Shown here: piece after piece, positions 25,909 through 39,047 of the stretch
How positions within the stretch are numbered: position 1 is the first letter of the stretch
Layout of the letters: every line of letters begins with the position of its first letter
From: Callorhinchus milii
Lineage: Eukaryota
Assembly: GCF_018977255.1 (NCBI RefSeq)
Contig: NW_024704742.1
Coordinates: 82,958,001 to 83,022,000 of the forward strand
Direction of reading: 5' to 3'
DNA length: 64,000 bases
Program-made: the position numbers and the translations under genes
Notes under the pieces: model-generated
What the model was told of the DNA's origin: nothing
Database searches by the model: none
The model's input: the letters and a program-made list of their open reading frames with translations, nothing else

Positions 25909-26584
25909 CAGTGAGCTCTGCTGGCAGAGAGGCAGTCATTGTGGACGGATGTTGGTTTGAGCCAACAACAACTTGCATTTATACAGTGCCCTTCATGCAC
26001 AATAAGGCCTCAGTGCATTTTACAGTGGTGGGATTGAGTGCTGAACAAAGGAGAAGGGAGTTGATCATTGGTTTAGTCAAAGGGTTAGGTTTTAAGATGG
26101 GATTTAAAAATACACAAAGAGGATGTGAGATGGAGAGATAGACAGGATCAGGCCCAGCCGGCAAAGTACTGTGACCCACAGTGACATGATTAGCATTTTA
26201 TGTCTGTTAAGAAATGTTTAACATAAAAAAAGTGAGTCTTTTTTGCTACTTGTTGCTTGTTTATAATGGGATACTGTATTGTGCAACAAAGCTGCCAGGT
26301 AAGTTTATGATCTGAGCTTGAAAGTAGGAGAAAATAATAATCCTTCCATTTGATACATCACCTTTCACCTTAGAAGGGCAACAACAACTTGCATTTATAT
26401 AGCGCCCTTCACGCTGGACGGTGCCTTGGAGCATTTAAGACATCAAGGTCATCTCAAAGTGCTTCGCAGGATTTACTGTGAAGTGGAGAGTGACACTGTA
26501 AAGTGTGCTTTGAAGGCCAAAATGGCGCTCGTTTAAAAATGGTAGCACAACATTTTCTAAGACCTTGCTGTTTTCTCTCTGCAG

Positions 26585-26726
26585 GTAATAGAATTTGACG
26601 ATGGGTCTGGATCTGTCCTCAGAATACAACCGTTGCGGACGCCACGCGATGAGGCTCTCTATGAATGTGTGGCCTCCAACAGCGTTGGGGAAATAAGCTC
26701 AACAACCAGACTTAACGTGTTACGTG
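26585..26726 (+). CDS. PTPRD: Internal coding exon, C-terminal half of Ig1 domain of PTPRD
   Basis: Acceptor ttttctctctgcag ends at 26584, donor gtatgt starts at 26727. Phase 0 to phase 1, 142 nt, in frame with the previous exon. Translates [47 protein letters not shown] with the Ig D-x-A-x-Y-x-C motif. Too short to appear in the ORF track. Confidence 0.95.
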
Positions 26727-29700
26727 GTATGTTCCCTTCAGTGTAGCAAACTTTAACCAGTGTTGGAAAGCAGCCTTAACTTTCTGTGTTCATTTTCAGC
26801 TGTTCAGGTAAGCTTTGAAAAGCGCTGTGTTGTGATTCAATGTTTCTCCCGGAAATCGGGTGGTGTGGATTTCACAGTATATGTCCAAGCAGATAAATGC
26901 TCGGAGACTGAATTGGTATTGACATTTTTTTTGCACTTGAATGATTTCGGTTGTCGAAATAAAATGCTACTGTATTTTATTTACAAGAGATATTACGGCC
27001 GGGCATCACAGCAGATAGATTGCTTTGTTTCGAAGTGGAATTCACAGTCAAGATGAGGAGCAAGTCATTTGATGGCATTTAATTATTTTATTCCATTGAG
27101 GTAGTTTGGATTTTTCTTTACCAGTGAGGGCAAACGTGTTGTTTCTTCCATCTCTTCTTCCTGCCCCCCCCCCCTCCCCTTTCCCAGTTGAACCGTTTTA
27201 TTACATATTCATCAGCGATGACTTTCTTCAATGTAATGTAAAAATTAGTCCAAGTGACTGCCGTGCTCCATCTTAATCTCTTCCATTGAGGACGCCTGAT
27301 CCACGATAGCTTTGAATTGTGTACTTAGCAGGCGAAACAAGAGGGATAGTATTGGGTCATACGGAAAGTGGTGTTTTGGGAAGCAAAGTGAACATAATTT
27401 CATGAACTTAAAATTAAATATCTCTTAATACTGATTGAGAACACAGCAGTCTTCCGTGTCATTGCTTAACACAGTGTGACCAAAATTTGAATGTTTATTG
27501 CGATGCTATTTTATTCATACCCCCTTCCCGTGGATAAACAGTGGTGGTGTGCTGTGAGATCGGTGCTGAGCAGTTTATGTGATGGAGTTGAATGAATTCG
27601 GGTCTCTCGGTAGGAATGTTAGGGAACAAAGAACAGCTGGTTGTAAAGAACAGACAGAAAGGTTGACAGAATAAAATAAAAGGATAGCTGGCAAGACAGT
27701 GCCTCAACTTTGAAGCCTTGTTGCCATTTTTGGTTTAGATATGTATCACTTTGAAGTGTACTTTTTTAATATATATAAAAAGTTTTTATTAATAGACAAC
27801 TAGGCTCTAGGTGTGTATTGTGATATTGCTCGTTGGCATTCTTGAGGAAAATGTTGCGTATTGTAAAATTATCAGTGGGCACTGTCTTATAACAGTGGGT
27901 TTGAGTGTTCCATCATGTGAAAGTGAGTGTTTCACAAAGGCCCTGAGCTTATCATTGAACTATAAAAAAAACTCTTGTTTTATTCTGTCGTTCTACTACT
28001 TGCAATAACAGTTTACTGTTTAGAGAGTTGCTCGCACTAGTACTTTGTTTGGTTTAAGCAAATGATGATTAATTTAAGAGTACAACCCATATGCAAAAAG
28101 CAGCTTTGACTGATTAAGGATTGCAGACTAAAATTATTAAAACCAGGGTAGTTGGAAGAAATCAGTCATAAAAATAATAAAAGTAATAATCCTTACTTTT
28201 GATTCAGTGCATTTTACATCAGGAGAACATCTTAAAATACCGTCACAGGAATTACTATAAATGACTCTGTATTTTTTTGTAGGCCAAGTCATGCAAGGTA
28301 GAATAATTTATTTATTACCAGTAAGTGAAATCGAAGGCCTGTACAGGGGCATACATTTGTTTGCCCATGATGTAAATGGTACATGACCAAAAGATTTCAG
28401 ACCATCAAAAAGTCTATGGGGGAGGGGAGTGCAGGGGAAAGGAAGAAAGCAACAGCTTCAGTCTAAAATAACACAACTGTTGCCTCAAGTACTGTGGATA
28501 GCATAAGCTACATTAACTTATAGTCTGCACCAGGTCTGGTTAAGTTACCCTAATTTCTGGGACTCACACATGCAGTCCCTGTGTTGAACTGAACTAAAGG
28601 CGAGGTCGGAACTTGTGCAGAACTTGTGGTGTGGCATGTTGGAGGAGAGTTACTCGAAGAGGCTGAGACAGCAGCACTTAAGTTAAGTGCACTTAATTTG
28701 AATGGGTACTATTCCTAAATCCCACATTTTAACCAGGATGCATTAGAGGAGAAGGATTTTGTGGCACTGCAAAGGCATTTCACTTCCAGATATGACAGAA
28801 ATCCTTGACAATGGTCCATCCCATTGCATTTGTGATGATGTGAGGCGATGTCTGAATGAATTTGTAACACATTTCTCTCAGTGCTACAACTTTGTACTGT
28901 TACGGTCACCCCTATTTCAGTATAGTGAAAGGAAGCAACAACACACACACAAAAAAAATCAATTTTACAGTTTTATTTATAGACCTGGGCGCTTTCTGCA
29001 TTTTCATTAAAACGTTCTTCCATCTCTATTCGGAACGTCCCAGAGAGTAAATTGCTGACTCAAACCGAGTGCAGGTGAACCCAGACATTTCCCTGGCACT
29101 TCATTGTGGCATGTCAGGAAGGTGGTTCGAAACACAAACAGAGCTGGATAATTTCCCAGTTTATGCTTCACTTCCCCTGGACAGTGGGACCCATGATCTC
29201 AGCACCTCACTGGTGGGGAAGAAGAGATAAGTTGAAGTAAATTACGCTCCAATCAGAGCTGTAGGGTTGGGTTTCCCGTACTACCCTCCATCGGAACTGG
29301 AATGGTTAGACTGGATCCACTGCTGGACCGGATCAGGAAAATAAAGAAAGTCTAACTTGTGATATTTGTAGACGAGAATGTGAAGCTCTGTTGGTGGTTT
29401 CCGCTCGTCGATATTAAAACCTGGCTAATTTGCCACGTTGGCAAAATGGTGAATTGTGATTTGTGAAAGGGGTAAAGGTTCTGTTTGGGATTACACTTGT
29501 AGCCTCTGGTGATGTCGGCCACTGATGGGCTTTCCCACTGTCGTTTGGAATTACTTAAAGGCACTGCGCGTAACTCTGAACGGAATTTCTACCCACCATG
29601 GTGTGGGATCGGGACAAGGTTGAGTCTGGGGTGGTTTTCTCTACAATTGTAGAATCTGCTGAGGCTCATTGTCTGGGCTCACATTTACAGAAAGTAACTT

Positions 29701-30996
29701 ATCTCATCTCACGTGCCTGTACCCCGGCATAAATCAGCACCCTCGAGAGAAGATGGGAGATGATAATTGAAGGAGGGAAAAGTGAGTGGTGGGAGGGATG
29801 AAGAGAGAAGAAATTTTACTTCATTTTAAGTTGCATGCAATTGCCGTTTGTGACAGTGAACAACCTTAATCACAAGCTCAATCATAGAAAGCCTTCTTTT
29901 AAACCGTGAATAATCTTTATTCACCCAAATTGTGTTAAAGTGAATTCCTAGTGCCAGAGGCAACCGGAAAGATCCGGAGCAATCGTGACACTTTAGTCGT
30001 AACTTGTAGATGCAATTTTTTTTGTATCTTCTATGTTTCTGAATGAAAGCTTATAAGGAAGCTGCGGAAATTTAGCAATTAACACAAGTAATGACATTCT
30101 GCCAAAATCATCGGGAACGCCAGTGATGAGGCAACGCGGCGACCGGCCAGCAAATCCAACTAAACCTCACTCGCAAACCATTCCCTTTCCCAGCCTGGCA
30201 CAATGCAGCAAGGATCACTGGATGTCTGATTCAATCAGTACATGCAATATTCCAGCAACAAAAGGCAGAGAAAGTGCCTTTTCTTTCGCTTGGTAAATTG
30301 CAGCTTCTCCCATCTCCATCTTTATCCTGTGACAAACGTTATTCACTGCGGCAGTTCAACAAAGGCCGTACCGAAGATAATAACAGTAAGAACAGAAAAA
30401 AGAGACACACAGATGATCTAGATACCATTAGAATTCTGCCTGACTGTGGTGGTAATAATAGATTTTCTTTGAGCCTCTGTCACATTTTTTAGTTTTACTG
30501 CCTAATAGTATTTGTCAGTAAAGAATATATAGTGAAGTCTGTAAGTGACTTCAAATTAGGTTTGCTTTTTATGTCCAGTTCTTGCGTTGAAGATTAATAG
30601 TGTCTCTTATCAAATAGCTCAAGGGTCCAAACGGGTTTCATTCAAATGAATTTTCAAAGCTGCTCTGATTGCAAATTTAATTGTAACAGGAAGTCACTTG
30701 CAGCATGCAATGAGGTGATTTACTTCCCCACTCAGGTAGGCAAAATCAGGCCATTCAGCTTAACCTGTTTTGCCTGCGGCAGTTTTGATTACTTAAGGTC
30801 AGCAACAGAGCACTAACTACAGAGCTAATAGTTTAGGTGTTCTCCCAACTTGTGACACGCACGAACGTGCAGAATCATCAACCGCTGATGCCCATTCATT
30901 TTGGCGTCTGTGTGGTTATTCAGTGACAAATCCCTATGTTAATACAACAACTATTTGTATAGTGACCTTCACGCGGGGCAGCGTCTCAGAGCACTT

Positions 30997-31869
30997 TACC
31001 TCTCTGCCTCACCCTGAACTCCAGGACTACTAGCGTCCTGACCGACTACCTGTCCGACATCAAGTCCTGGACGAGGCCCTCCTGATTGGCTCACGCCAGC
31101 GCCTCCGCACCTCAGGCGTTGGCAGCATCAGCCTCCATGGCTGCACACTCAACCTCACTAAGCCAGTCAGGAACCTGGGTGTCTTGTTTGACTCTGAACT
31201 GTCCTTTCTCTCCCACATCCGCGCCATGACCGGCACTGCCTACCACCACCTCCGCAACATTGCCAGACTCCGCCATTGCCTCACCCCTCAGGCTGCCCAA
31301 ACCCTCACCCAAGCATTCATCACCTCAAGGCTCGATGACAGGAACTTCCTCCTCATCGGCCTTCCCAAATCTTCCCTTCACAAGCTGCAGATCATCCAAA
31401 ACTCTGCAGCTTATGTACTCTCAAGCCTAGGCTCCGTGACCTCATCACTCCCACCCTCGCCCGACTCCACTGACTCCCCATCCCCCAGAGGATCGAATTC
31501 AAGATCCTCATCCTCACCTTTAAGGCCATGCATGGCCTTGCCCCCTCCTACCTCTCTGACCTGCTGAGTCCCTACCAACCTGCCCGCTCCCTCCGTTCAG
31601 CGGTCTGCTCCATGTTTCCCGCCTGACCCGCCCTATCATCGGTGGCCAGACTTTCAGCCTCTCTGCCTCCACACTCTAGAACTCCATCCCATGGTCCCTT
31701 CGCCTCGCTTCCTCCAGTGCCTCCTTCAAGGCTGGTCTCAAGACCCTTCTCTTCGACCGTACCTTTGGTTGCCCTCCACCCCTCCTCCATGCTCGGGCCC
31801 CGACACCTGACTGTTCAGCGCTTTGGGACGTCCTCCCAACGGCGCTCTATAAATGTAATTTTGTTGTTA
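30997..31869 (+). mobile_element. L2 LINE 3' fragment
   Basis: ORF 31184-31567 reads FDSELSFLSHI...LRNIARLR...AFITSRLD...LQIIQNSAA. Ends gcgctttgggacgtcc...tataaatgtaattttgttgtt. Homologous to the 21177-23500 element. Confidence 0.9.
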
Positions 31870-33564
31870 TAGCACAAATTTTTTTTTGCTCAGTCGGGTG
31901 TCGGACCCACATGGAAGGCCATCTCCACAAGCCTTAGTTTCCAAACCAAGCTGCAGGTGTCATACATGTGTATGGAAATGTTATCTTTGTTTGGAATAGA
32001 GTCTACACTTTCTCCCCTGGAGAGATGCTTCCACATTCCCGGAGAGTTGAGGTGCAGGTTGGCGAGAGCCAAAGCTTGGTGACCCCAGGGTGTGCTTTTG
32101 AGTTCCTGGCGTTTAACCCGGTCAAACTGTGCAGCTTATCTTAAAACTAACCATACAATGAGAAAGACTATGAAACCCACTTGGTCTTAGTCACAGGGGC
32201 CTATTCTCTCCTTGCATTAAGTCAAGCTTGGAGATGGTGCAAATGAGCAGTGAGAATTGAGGGTATCATTTTGATATTACTGTGGGTTTTTTTTCCACTG
32301 AAGGTGTTTTAGGTTTGTGTACTATTAGTTGCCCATTACTTAATAAACGGGACAAAAATGATCAATAGCTCAAATCTAACATGATATGTTCTGCTTGGTC
32401 TAATTGATCTTAACATCTGGGATTATTTACCAGCAGCTACGTAAATTAGAGGAATATGTACTACTACGTTACAGCCATATCCTGTGATGAGGCACCAAGC
32501 CATCGGCAAAGGCTGAGAGACATAGTTAAGGTTACCAGAGGCTGAGAGACAGTTAGTTATAGGGTTGGAAGGATATGCATTTTCATTGACGTGCATGTGC
32601 ATTTAAGCCAAACTGATGCATATGAAGGTGTTCTTGCCACTGATTGTTAAGGGTAAAGAGCTGCCCCCATGTGTTTTCATTACCATCACCTGAGGTGCAG
32701 TTGACCATTTGCTGGGTGTGAAGCAGACAAGCCTGCAACAGAAAGCTTTACTTCTCCTATCAGTGGGCTTTGAATTGAATCTCTGTTGGCCCTGTAAACA
32801 GAGCGATAGTGTAATTCAGTCCAAAGTGATAACACCCGATGATGTTTAGTCTGCAGTTTTGTTTATGCTTTACCATGCAATCACCAAGATAGTTTATTTC
32901 GCTGCCCCTTTGTAGCACACCAGCTTATTGCACAGTTATGAAAGGTTGAAAGGCTGAGAAAACTACATGGGTAATGGATTTCTGTGCATCTCCACCTGTA
33001 TTTGGCTTTGTTTAGTAAACATGAGGGTCTTGCTCCAGAGCAAAACGAAACAGGAATACATGTAAGATGGATAATCACATGGGGAGCAGATGTGGGGCCC
33101 TCTAATGGAGGAAGCAATATGCTTCCTATTAAATTCATCCAAAACAATATGTGCTGCTTAGATGCTGTTTTCTGAAGTTCTCATGAGATGGGCTGTCAAA
33201 TAAAAACATATGTAATTGGATGAATGTGCAGAAGGAGACACTTTGATATGACTGAAAGCTCAGTATTTACAATGAGTGATTTTGTATCACTGGAAAAAGA
33301 ATGAGGTTGAGAATACATAAAATTGGTGTGAAATGTTCCCAGATTGGATTCCTTAAGATTGTCACTAACTACGTCAAAAATAATAGCCTGCATTAGGTCT
33401 GTTCCGAACTCCAGCTTCAAGTCGTACAGCAATTTCACTTACAGATTATGAGAAGGAAAAAGGACAGAGCCTTGAGGTTCAGCAACGGTAAGGGAAGCTT
33501 AGCTTTCACTTTTTGTAATGAATATAGATAGGACTGGGCTCAGCTGCTTCGAAGCTACAAGCTT

Positions 33565-33893
33565 GGAGTCCTGTAGCTCAGTGGTTAGAGCACTCGCTTT
33601 GCAAGTGAGAGACCTGAGTTCAATTCCAGGCAGGGCGAAACCTTGGGCAAGTTTCCTTACTCCACACGCCTAATAATAATCCCTCCAAAAAACCAAAAAC
33701 AATAATTAAATTGGTCATTTTCAATCTACGACTGTTTGTGGGATATTGCTGTGCGCAATTGGCTGCCGCGTTCGCCCACAAATATACAATCAATTCACTT
33801 TACAGTGTGTTCTGTGAAGCGCTTTGGGACGTCCTCCTGACGTGAAAAGCGCTATATCAAATGCAAGGATTATTATTATTATTATTATTATTA
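33565..33893 (+). mobile_element. Full-length young tRNA(Ala)-derived SINE with L2-type tail
   Basis: A box TAGCTCAGTGG, TGC anticodon-like loop, B box GTTCAATTCC, body, and tail gcgctttgggacgtcctcctgacgtgaaaagcgctatatcaaatgcaagga(tta)n. Confidence 0.92.
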
Positions 33894-35349
33894 CATCCAT
33901 TTCTTCATTTTAGCTGAAAAGTCTCTGGTTTATATTTTCATTGTGAAGAATTTGAGCCAATCACAAAGATTCAACTGAAGGAACAGTGCTCTTGTCTAGG
34001 ATTTAACCAAATGCTTTTATAGACTCGGATGCATGACTGCAAGGTGAGGCTCCCAGTACATCATGAATGTGTCTATGAAGTTAAAATTAACATTGATGTT
34101 TTCAACTGGCTTTGCTCCTGAGAATTTACTGTATCCTATGCTTTTTGTGGCGCTGAGATTCAGCAGAATAGCACTGGACTTCAAGGACAGACATGCATTG
34201 GGTTGATTTCGCCCAGGGAATGGCCTGTTGTTCCCCTTCCATTCCCTTCGCCTCCTATTCACTCGCTGTTCATCAGAAAGCATTTACTTGCTGTACAGAG
34301 AGCAGGGTGTTTCTGAGCCAGAGTTCCCCCACAGCATGCCTTTCAGACTTGTTTTGATAGACTGGTAGAAGCTGGTGTGGGTCAGGTAGGCGAGTTGGGC
34401 GCATTAAGCAGCCTGTCCAGATGAGAGCTCTCAAAAAAAGCATTCAACTGAGACAAGTGGCAGACACCGTTTTGGGACTTGAACTCTTGACCTTCCTGGT
34501 TGTGGAGTTAAGTGCTCTAACCCTCTAGTTACCAGCACAGATAATCAGAAGGAACATAAAAGAAAATGGCCTTTATACACAAGAGGATCTCATCAGCAAT
34601 ATTCAGAACAAATTGATTCTGTGGGAGTGCATCACAGCTGGAATTAACCAGAATTATGCTTCATGAGACATACTTTAACCAGCAAAAGGTGTGTGATGAC
34701 CAATTTAAATGTATGGAAAAAATCAAATTGATATCAAAGCATCTTTGATATCAACTTAAATAATCTGAGCCAAAGATCCAGTTCTAGTGCTTTGAAATAT
34801 TCCATTTTTTCTTCCACGATTGATATGTTTGAGGGTCAAGCTTCATTTTTGCTCCCCTTTGTTTTATTTCCGATACCATTGAACATTGCTGTGGTGGAGA
34901 ACAATGAGGGGGATGTCTCTTGTCAGGATTTGGCATTTCTGATGAAAACAAGCAACCTCCAAACTTTCTGAGGAAGTGACAGGACTTAAGAAAACAACAA
35001 CTTGCATTTATAATGCTTTCTTCATGCGGGATTGCTTCTTGGAGCGCTTAGAAGAAAATGTTGGCCTTTGAGGATTAATTTTACACAAAGATGGTTAGAA
35101 ATTCCATTCAGCATTGTACTTGGTACTGTACTGCACGACCACTGTTGTAGATCATCAAAAGTGCCACATGAAGTGCAGATTGGAAATTTTATGCCAGTGA
35201 CAGAAGGAGCAGATTCCTGGGACTATATGTACATCACTAAAATAATGTTCTTTTTCATTATGTCCTCATAATAGACTTTGCATTGTGAAGACATATGTTA
35301 ACCATTTTGGTGAATGATGGAACCACTTCACGTTTCTTCGAAAAAAAAC

Positions 35350-35700
35350 TAATAATCCTTACATTTGATATAGGGCCTTTCACTTTGGGAGGACATCTCA
35401 AAGCACTTCACAGGATTTACTGTCAAGTGGACTGACTGTTTTGTGGGTAAACAAGACAGCTACTTTACGCACAGCAATGTCCCACAAACAGCCATGTGAA
35501 TAATCAATTTTATTTGGGAGATTGTTGTCCAGAACACCAGGAGAAACTCCCTTCTCTTTTGGACGTACTCCCGATGTGAAAGGCGCTATAGAAATGTAAT
35601 CTTGTTGTTGTTGTTCTTGTTGTTGAATATAACGTTTCATCCGAAGGATGGCGCCTTCAACAATGCAGCACACTCACAGCACTATTTTGGAGTGTCATCT
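35350..35700 (-). mobile_element. Deu-domain SINE interrupted by a + strand L2 tail (~35558-35625)
   Basis: SINE tail and body at 35350-35557, insert ttggacgtactcccgatgtgaaaggcgctatagaaatgtaatc(ttg)n, then the core resumes aacgtttcatccgaaggatggcgccttc. Confidence 0.72.
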
Positions 35701-37214
35701 TGCACGATGAAGGTGTCGGAAATTATCCGAGCATTTGCATCTCTAGCAGTAACATTTCGCCCTGGATATATGGAAAGGGTTTGCTGAGGTTTCTTCTCAC
35801 CAGGAATCCAGAAGTTGACTCTCAACGGGTTGGTTATTTTTGAGGATCTTAGGATGTGGGCTTGCAATACTGTTTCTAAAAAGTATATCCCCAAGTACTG
35901 TTTGCCTGTCAAATGCAGCTTTATGGATATTACCTGCCCAATGACTCTTTAACACCTTATTGGATTTTAAATAAACATAAGCTACTGCTTATCGGTTTCT
36001 GGACTGCTTTACAAGGAAATAACACAAATCCTGTTATAATGTAAGAATGGTTTGTTTTGCCTCTAATGGGATTCAGATGTGGTCCCCAATTTTACTTACC
36101 TGAAAAATCCAAAATGCAGTGGCTGGCTTTATTGTGCATGGGAAACCAAAATGGCCGACATCTATGCTACACACACAGGTAACATTGATAGAAAACTAAA
36201 GCCATCAAGCTGCCATCTATTAGACTTTCTGTGGACTGTTCCAATGCACCGCACAACAAGTAACATCTGGGGCTACCGTAAGTCGGCCAGTTTGACTTCC
36301 CATACACAAACTGATGGAGCCTGGTGTCTTTCTGTGCACACTCATAGTAAATGCGGAAGCACAGGCGAGACAATGACCGTGCCCTACTTACAGTGCTGGT
36401 TGGGATTTTATGAGCTGTTACTGCCGCATTATAACAATTATACCAGACCATCCATTGGTGAACAGCAACGTAGTCATTCAGAAACACTCTTTACTGAATG
36501 ACACTGCCTCAGTTACTGATTTGTTACATTTTTATATTTAGACGGGGCTTCAAATGCTCAAAGTTTGTGACGATTACAAACACTGATGTTGGAAAATTTG
36601 GATTTAGAGCGAACGTGAAGATTGTTACATAATAAAGCTAAATCCTTTCTGTCCAATTGATGCCATTTCTATGGTTCTGCATTCAGTTCTTTGCTTCTTT
36701 TGTGAGTTACTTTTCCAGTCATTTGCACAACCACTCGCAATGATTTCTTCAGTCTTTGGTACTGGGAAGGGAGCTTTCTCGAGCTGGTAGCGTTTCATAG
36801 TTTGTATTGATCCTCTAAATAATTAAGTAAAGTGTGCAATGTGTACACCGTTGCTCTCACACTAGCTGCTAACTACACAAATTAACAGAGCTTTCAATTT
36901 GTTACTTACTCTCTGTTTCATTTGAAGCAAAGGGCTTTGTAATAATAATCCTTGCACTTGATATAGCACCTTATCACGTCTTCGAGACTTCTCAAAGCGC
37001 TTGACGGAATATATATAGAAAAAGGAAAACCACTGAAGAATATACAACAACTTGCATTTATATAGCGCGCTTCACATTGTTAGTGATTCAGAATGCTGAA
37101 AATATACTCTAGTGATATTTGACACTTTGTATGTCCAATTTTCACCCTTGTATTCTTTAGTCCTACTGAGAAAACAATGTGTAAGCAACGTAACTTCATA
37201 CCAATAACAAATTT

Positions 37215-37530
37215 TATTTTGGTCAGCCGGGTGTTTGACACATAAAAACCTATTATCATGCTAAGAGTATCCAAACAGGTGAGAGTTCAATGTATGCTAC
37301 TTATACATGGAAGTTTCATGAATTGGACAGGATTGCGCACTCTCGCCCCCAAAATAAGCACCCTGCTTACCTAATTCCAGAGAGTATTAGGCACAGGCTA
37401 GCAAGACCTAAGGCTTTGGAGATTCCACCATCTGCGTAGCTTGCCATTGAGAGTACTGTCTGTAAAGCGTCTTGCTGCTTGTTTAGCTAGGACACCCTTA
37501 CTGTTATGGCATTGGTTTGCAGATATAACA
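37215..37530 (-). mobile_element. Family B repeat copy
   Basis: Colinear with 60650-60995. Starts (on +) ttttggtcagccgggtgtttgacac. Confidence 0.7.
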
Positions 37531-38809
37531 AGAGTTGAGTGGGAAGAATCCCTACCCTCAGATTGTATTGAGATAGAGCCCTCGACATTAAGGAATTCCT
37601 CAAATTAATTATGTTTGAAGCACTTCTACCACACTGTCATCAATTGCAAGTGGTTTATGGCTGAATACATACATATGTGTAATTGATCGAGAGGAATTAA
37701 GTAACCTAAAAATCACTTAAGATATTGCTAGTTTGAATTAAAAAAAGGATATTGTACCATTCAGGCTGGCCTCCTGCACTAGAAATTGTGTTTTAATGAG
37801 AAATCAAGTGTTATTGGAAAGTTGCCACAAATTAGAAGCATCCGCTTATTTCTTGGCAAGGAAATCACCAGCAATTGTTTATCGGATCAAATCTCCAATA
37901 TTGGGTAAAGGTTGCAATACTTTCGAGTTCTAAACTGATTATGCAGTTTACCCTCTGTATTTCCAGTGGACCCAATCCTCAAGGCTTTCCTAACAAGGCA
38001 TCTCCAATAGATATGATTGAGTCTTAAGATTATTGTAAGAGCAGAACAATTACAGCAAGCATTGCTTACCAAGACAGCAGACACACATGCAAGGGTCTCC
38101 AAGTCTTCACTGTCACCAACCTGTACCTAATATTCTCCGCAATGAGGGTGCGTCTCTCCAGGGAGAGAGTGTGAATTCCATTCCAGACAGGAAAATTTCT
38201 ATGTGTAGATGGCATACATAGGTGGAACTCTCAGTCTGATTTGGATACTCCAGCCTGGTGATCCATTTCCACATGTGTCAGCCCAAAAATAAAAAAGCTT
38301 TTTGTGGCCTATTTGTTTATAGTAAATGTATTTTAATTTATTAGATAGTGATTGTTCTTACTTTCCCGCTTTTAACTGTGGATTCTTGTAATTCTACTGC
38401 CAACATTCAGGCTGATCAGAAATGTGTAAGGCTTTTGAAAACCATATTGTCCAGGAGAATAGCTTCCTGCTAGACTTTCATTTCCAGTGAACAGTGCATA
38501 CTGCAGCTGTGGATTACTGTCCCCAAGAGACTGATCTTGTTCCCCAGTCAGTATGTAGTAAATAGACACCATAGGCTTAGCATTCCTACGTTTGCTAATT
38601 TTAACGAAAATGTAGACATGCATCAACAGGAGGGGAATGTCAAGACATTGTGGCAACTGAGAAGTCCTCCATGTTTAGCACTACTCCCAGTATTCCAACC
38701 CTTCAGAAATCTATGAGTTCAACTTTTATTTTAGTCAATATTTTCTCATCTTTTCCTTTGCTTAAGGTGTTGGCTCTCCTTGGGGGTACAGTTGTACTGG
38801 ATTGCTGTA

Positions 38810-39047
38810 AAATGTAGTGACTGGTTAAATGTTACCCTAGTTGTTACCTCAATGTGCTCTCTGGGATCCCCAAGCCTTGGTTCTTGCCAACCCAAACTCT
38901 ATACTCTCCGGAATTAGGTAACCAGAGAGAGAGTATGCATTCCAATCCAGACATGGGGAAATTTCCACGTGTAGGTGGGATTGATTTGGATACTCCTAAG
39001 CATGGTGATGGGTTTCTGTGTGTGTCTGACACTCGGCTGACTAAAAA
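38810..39047 (+). mobile_element. Family B repeat copy
   Basis: Ends gcatggtgatgggtttctgtgtgtgtctgacactcggctgactaaaa, the reverse complement of the start of the 37215 and 60650 copies. Confidence 0.72.

Larger units (their letters stand above)
17599..26584 (+). other. PTPRD: GT-AG intron (~9 kb) splitting the PTPRD Ig1 domain
   Basis: Begins GTACTG and ends CTGCAG. Joining the flanking exons gives the continuous peptide ...SQRFE|VIEFDD... Confidence 0.9.

Noticed and set aside
33565..33637. tRNA-Ala(TGC)-like cloverleaf (also at 25630 and 12509 minus)
   Set aside because: Runs straight into a SINE body with no oligo-T terminator, has an irregular T arm and acceptor stem and lacks G3:U70. 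It is a SINE head, not a tRNA gene.
36079..36501. 140-aa ORF in apparently unique sequence
   Set aside because: Non-ATG start, no recognisable domain, no evident splice structure. Compatible with a chance ORF.
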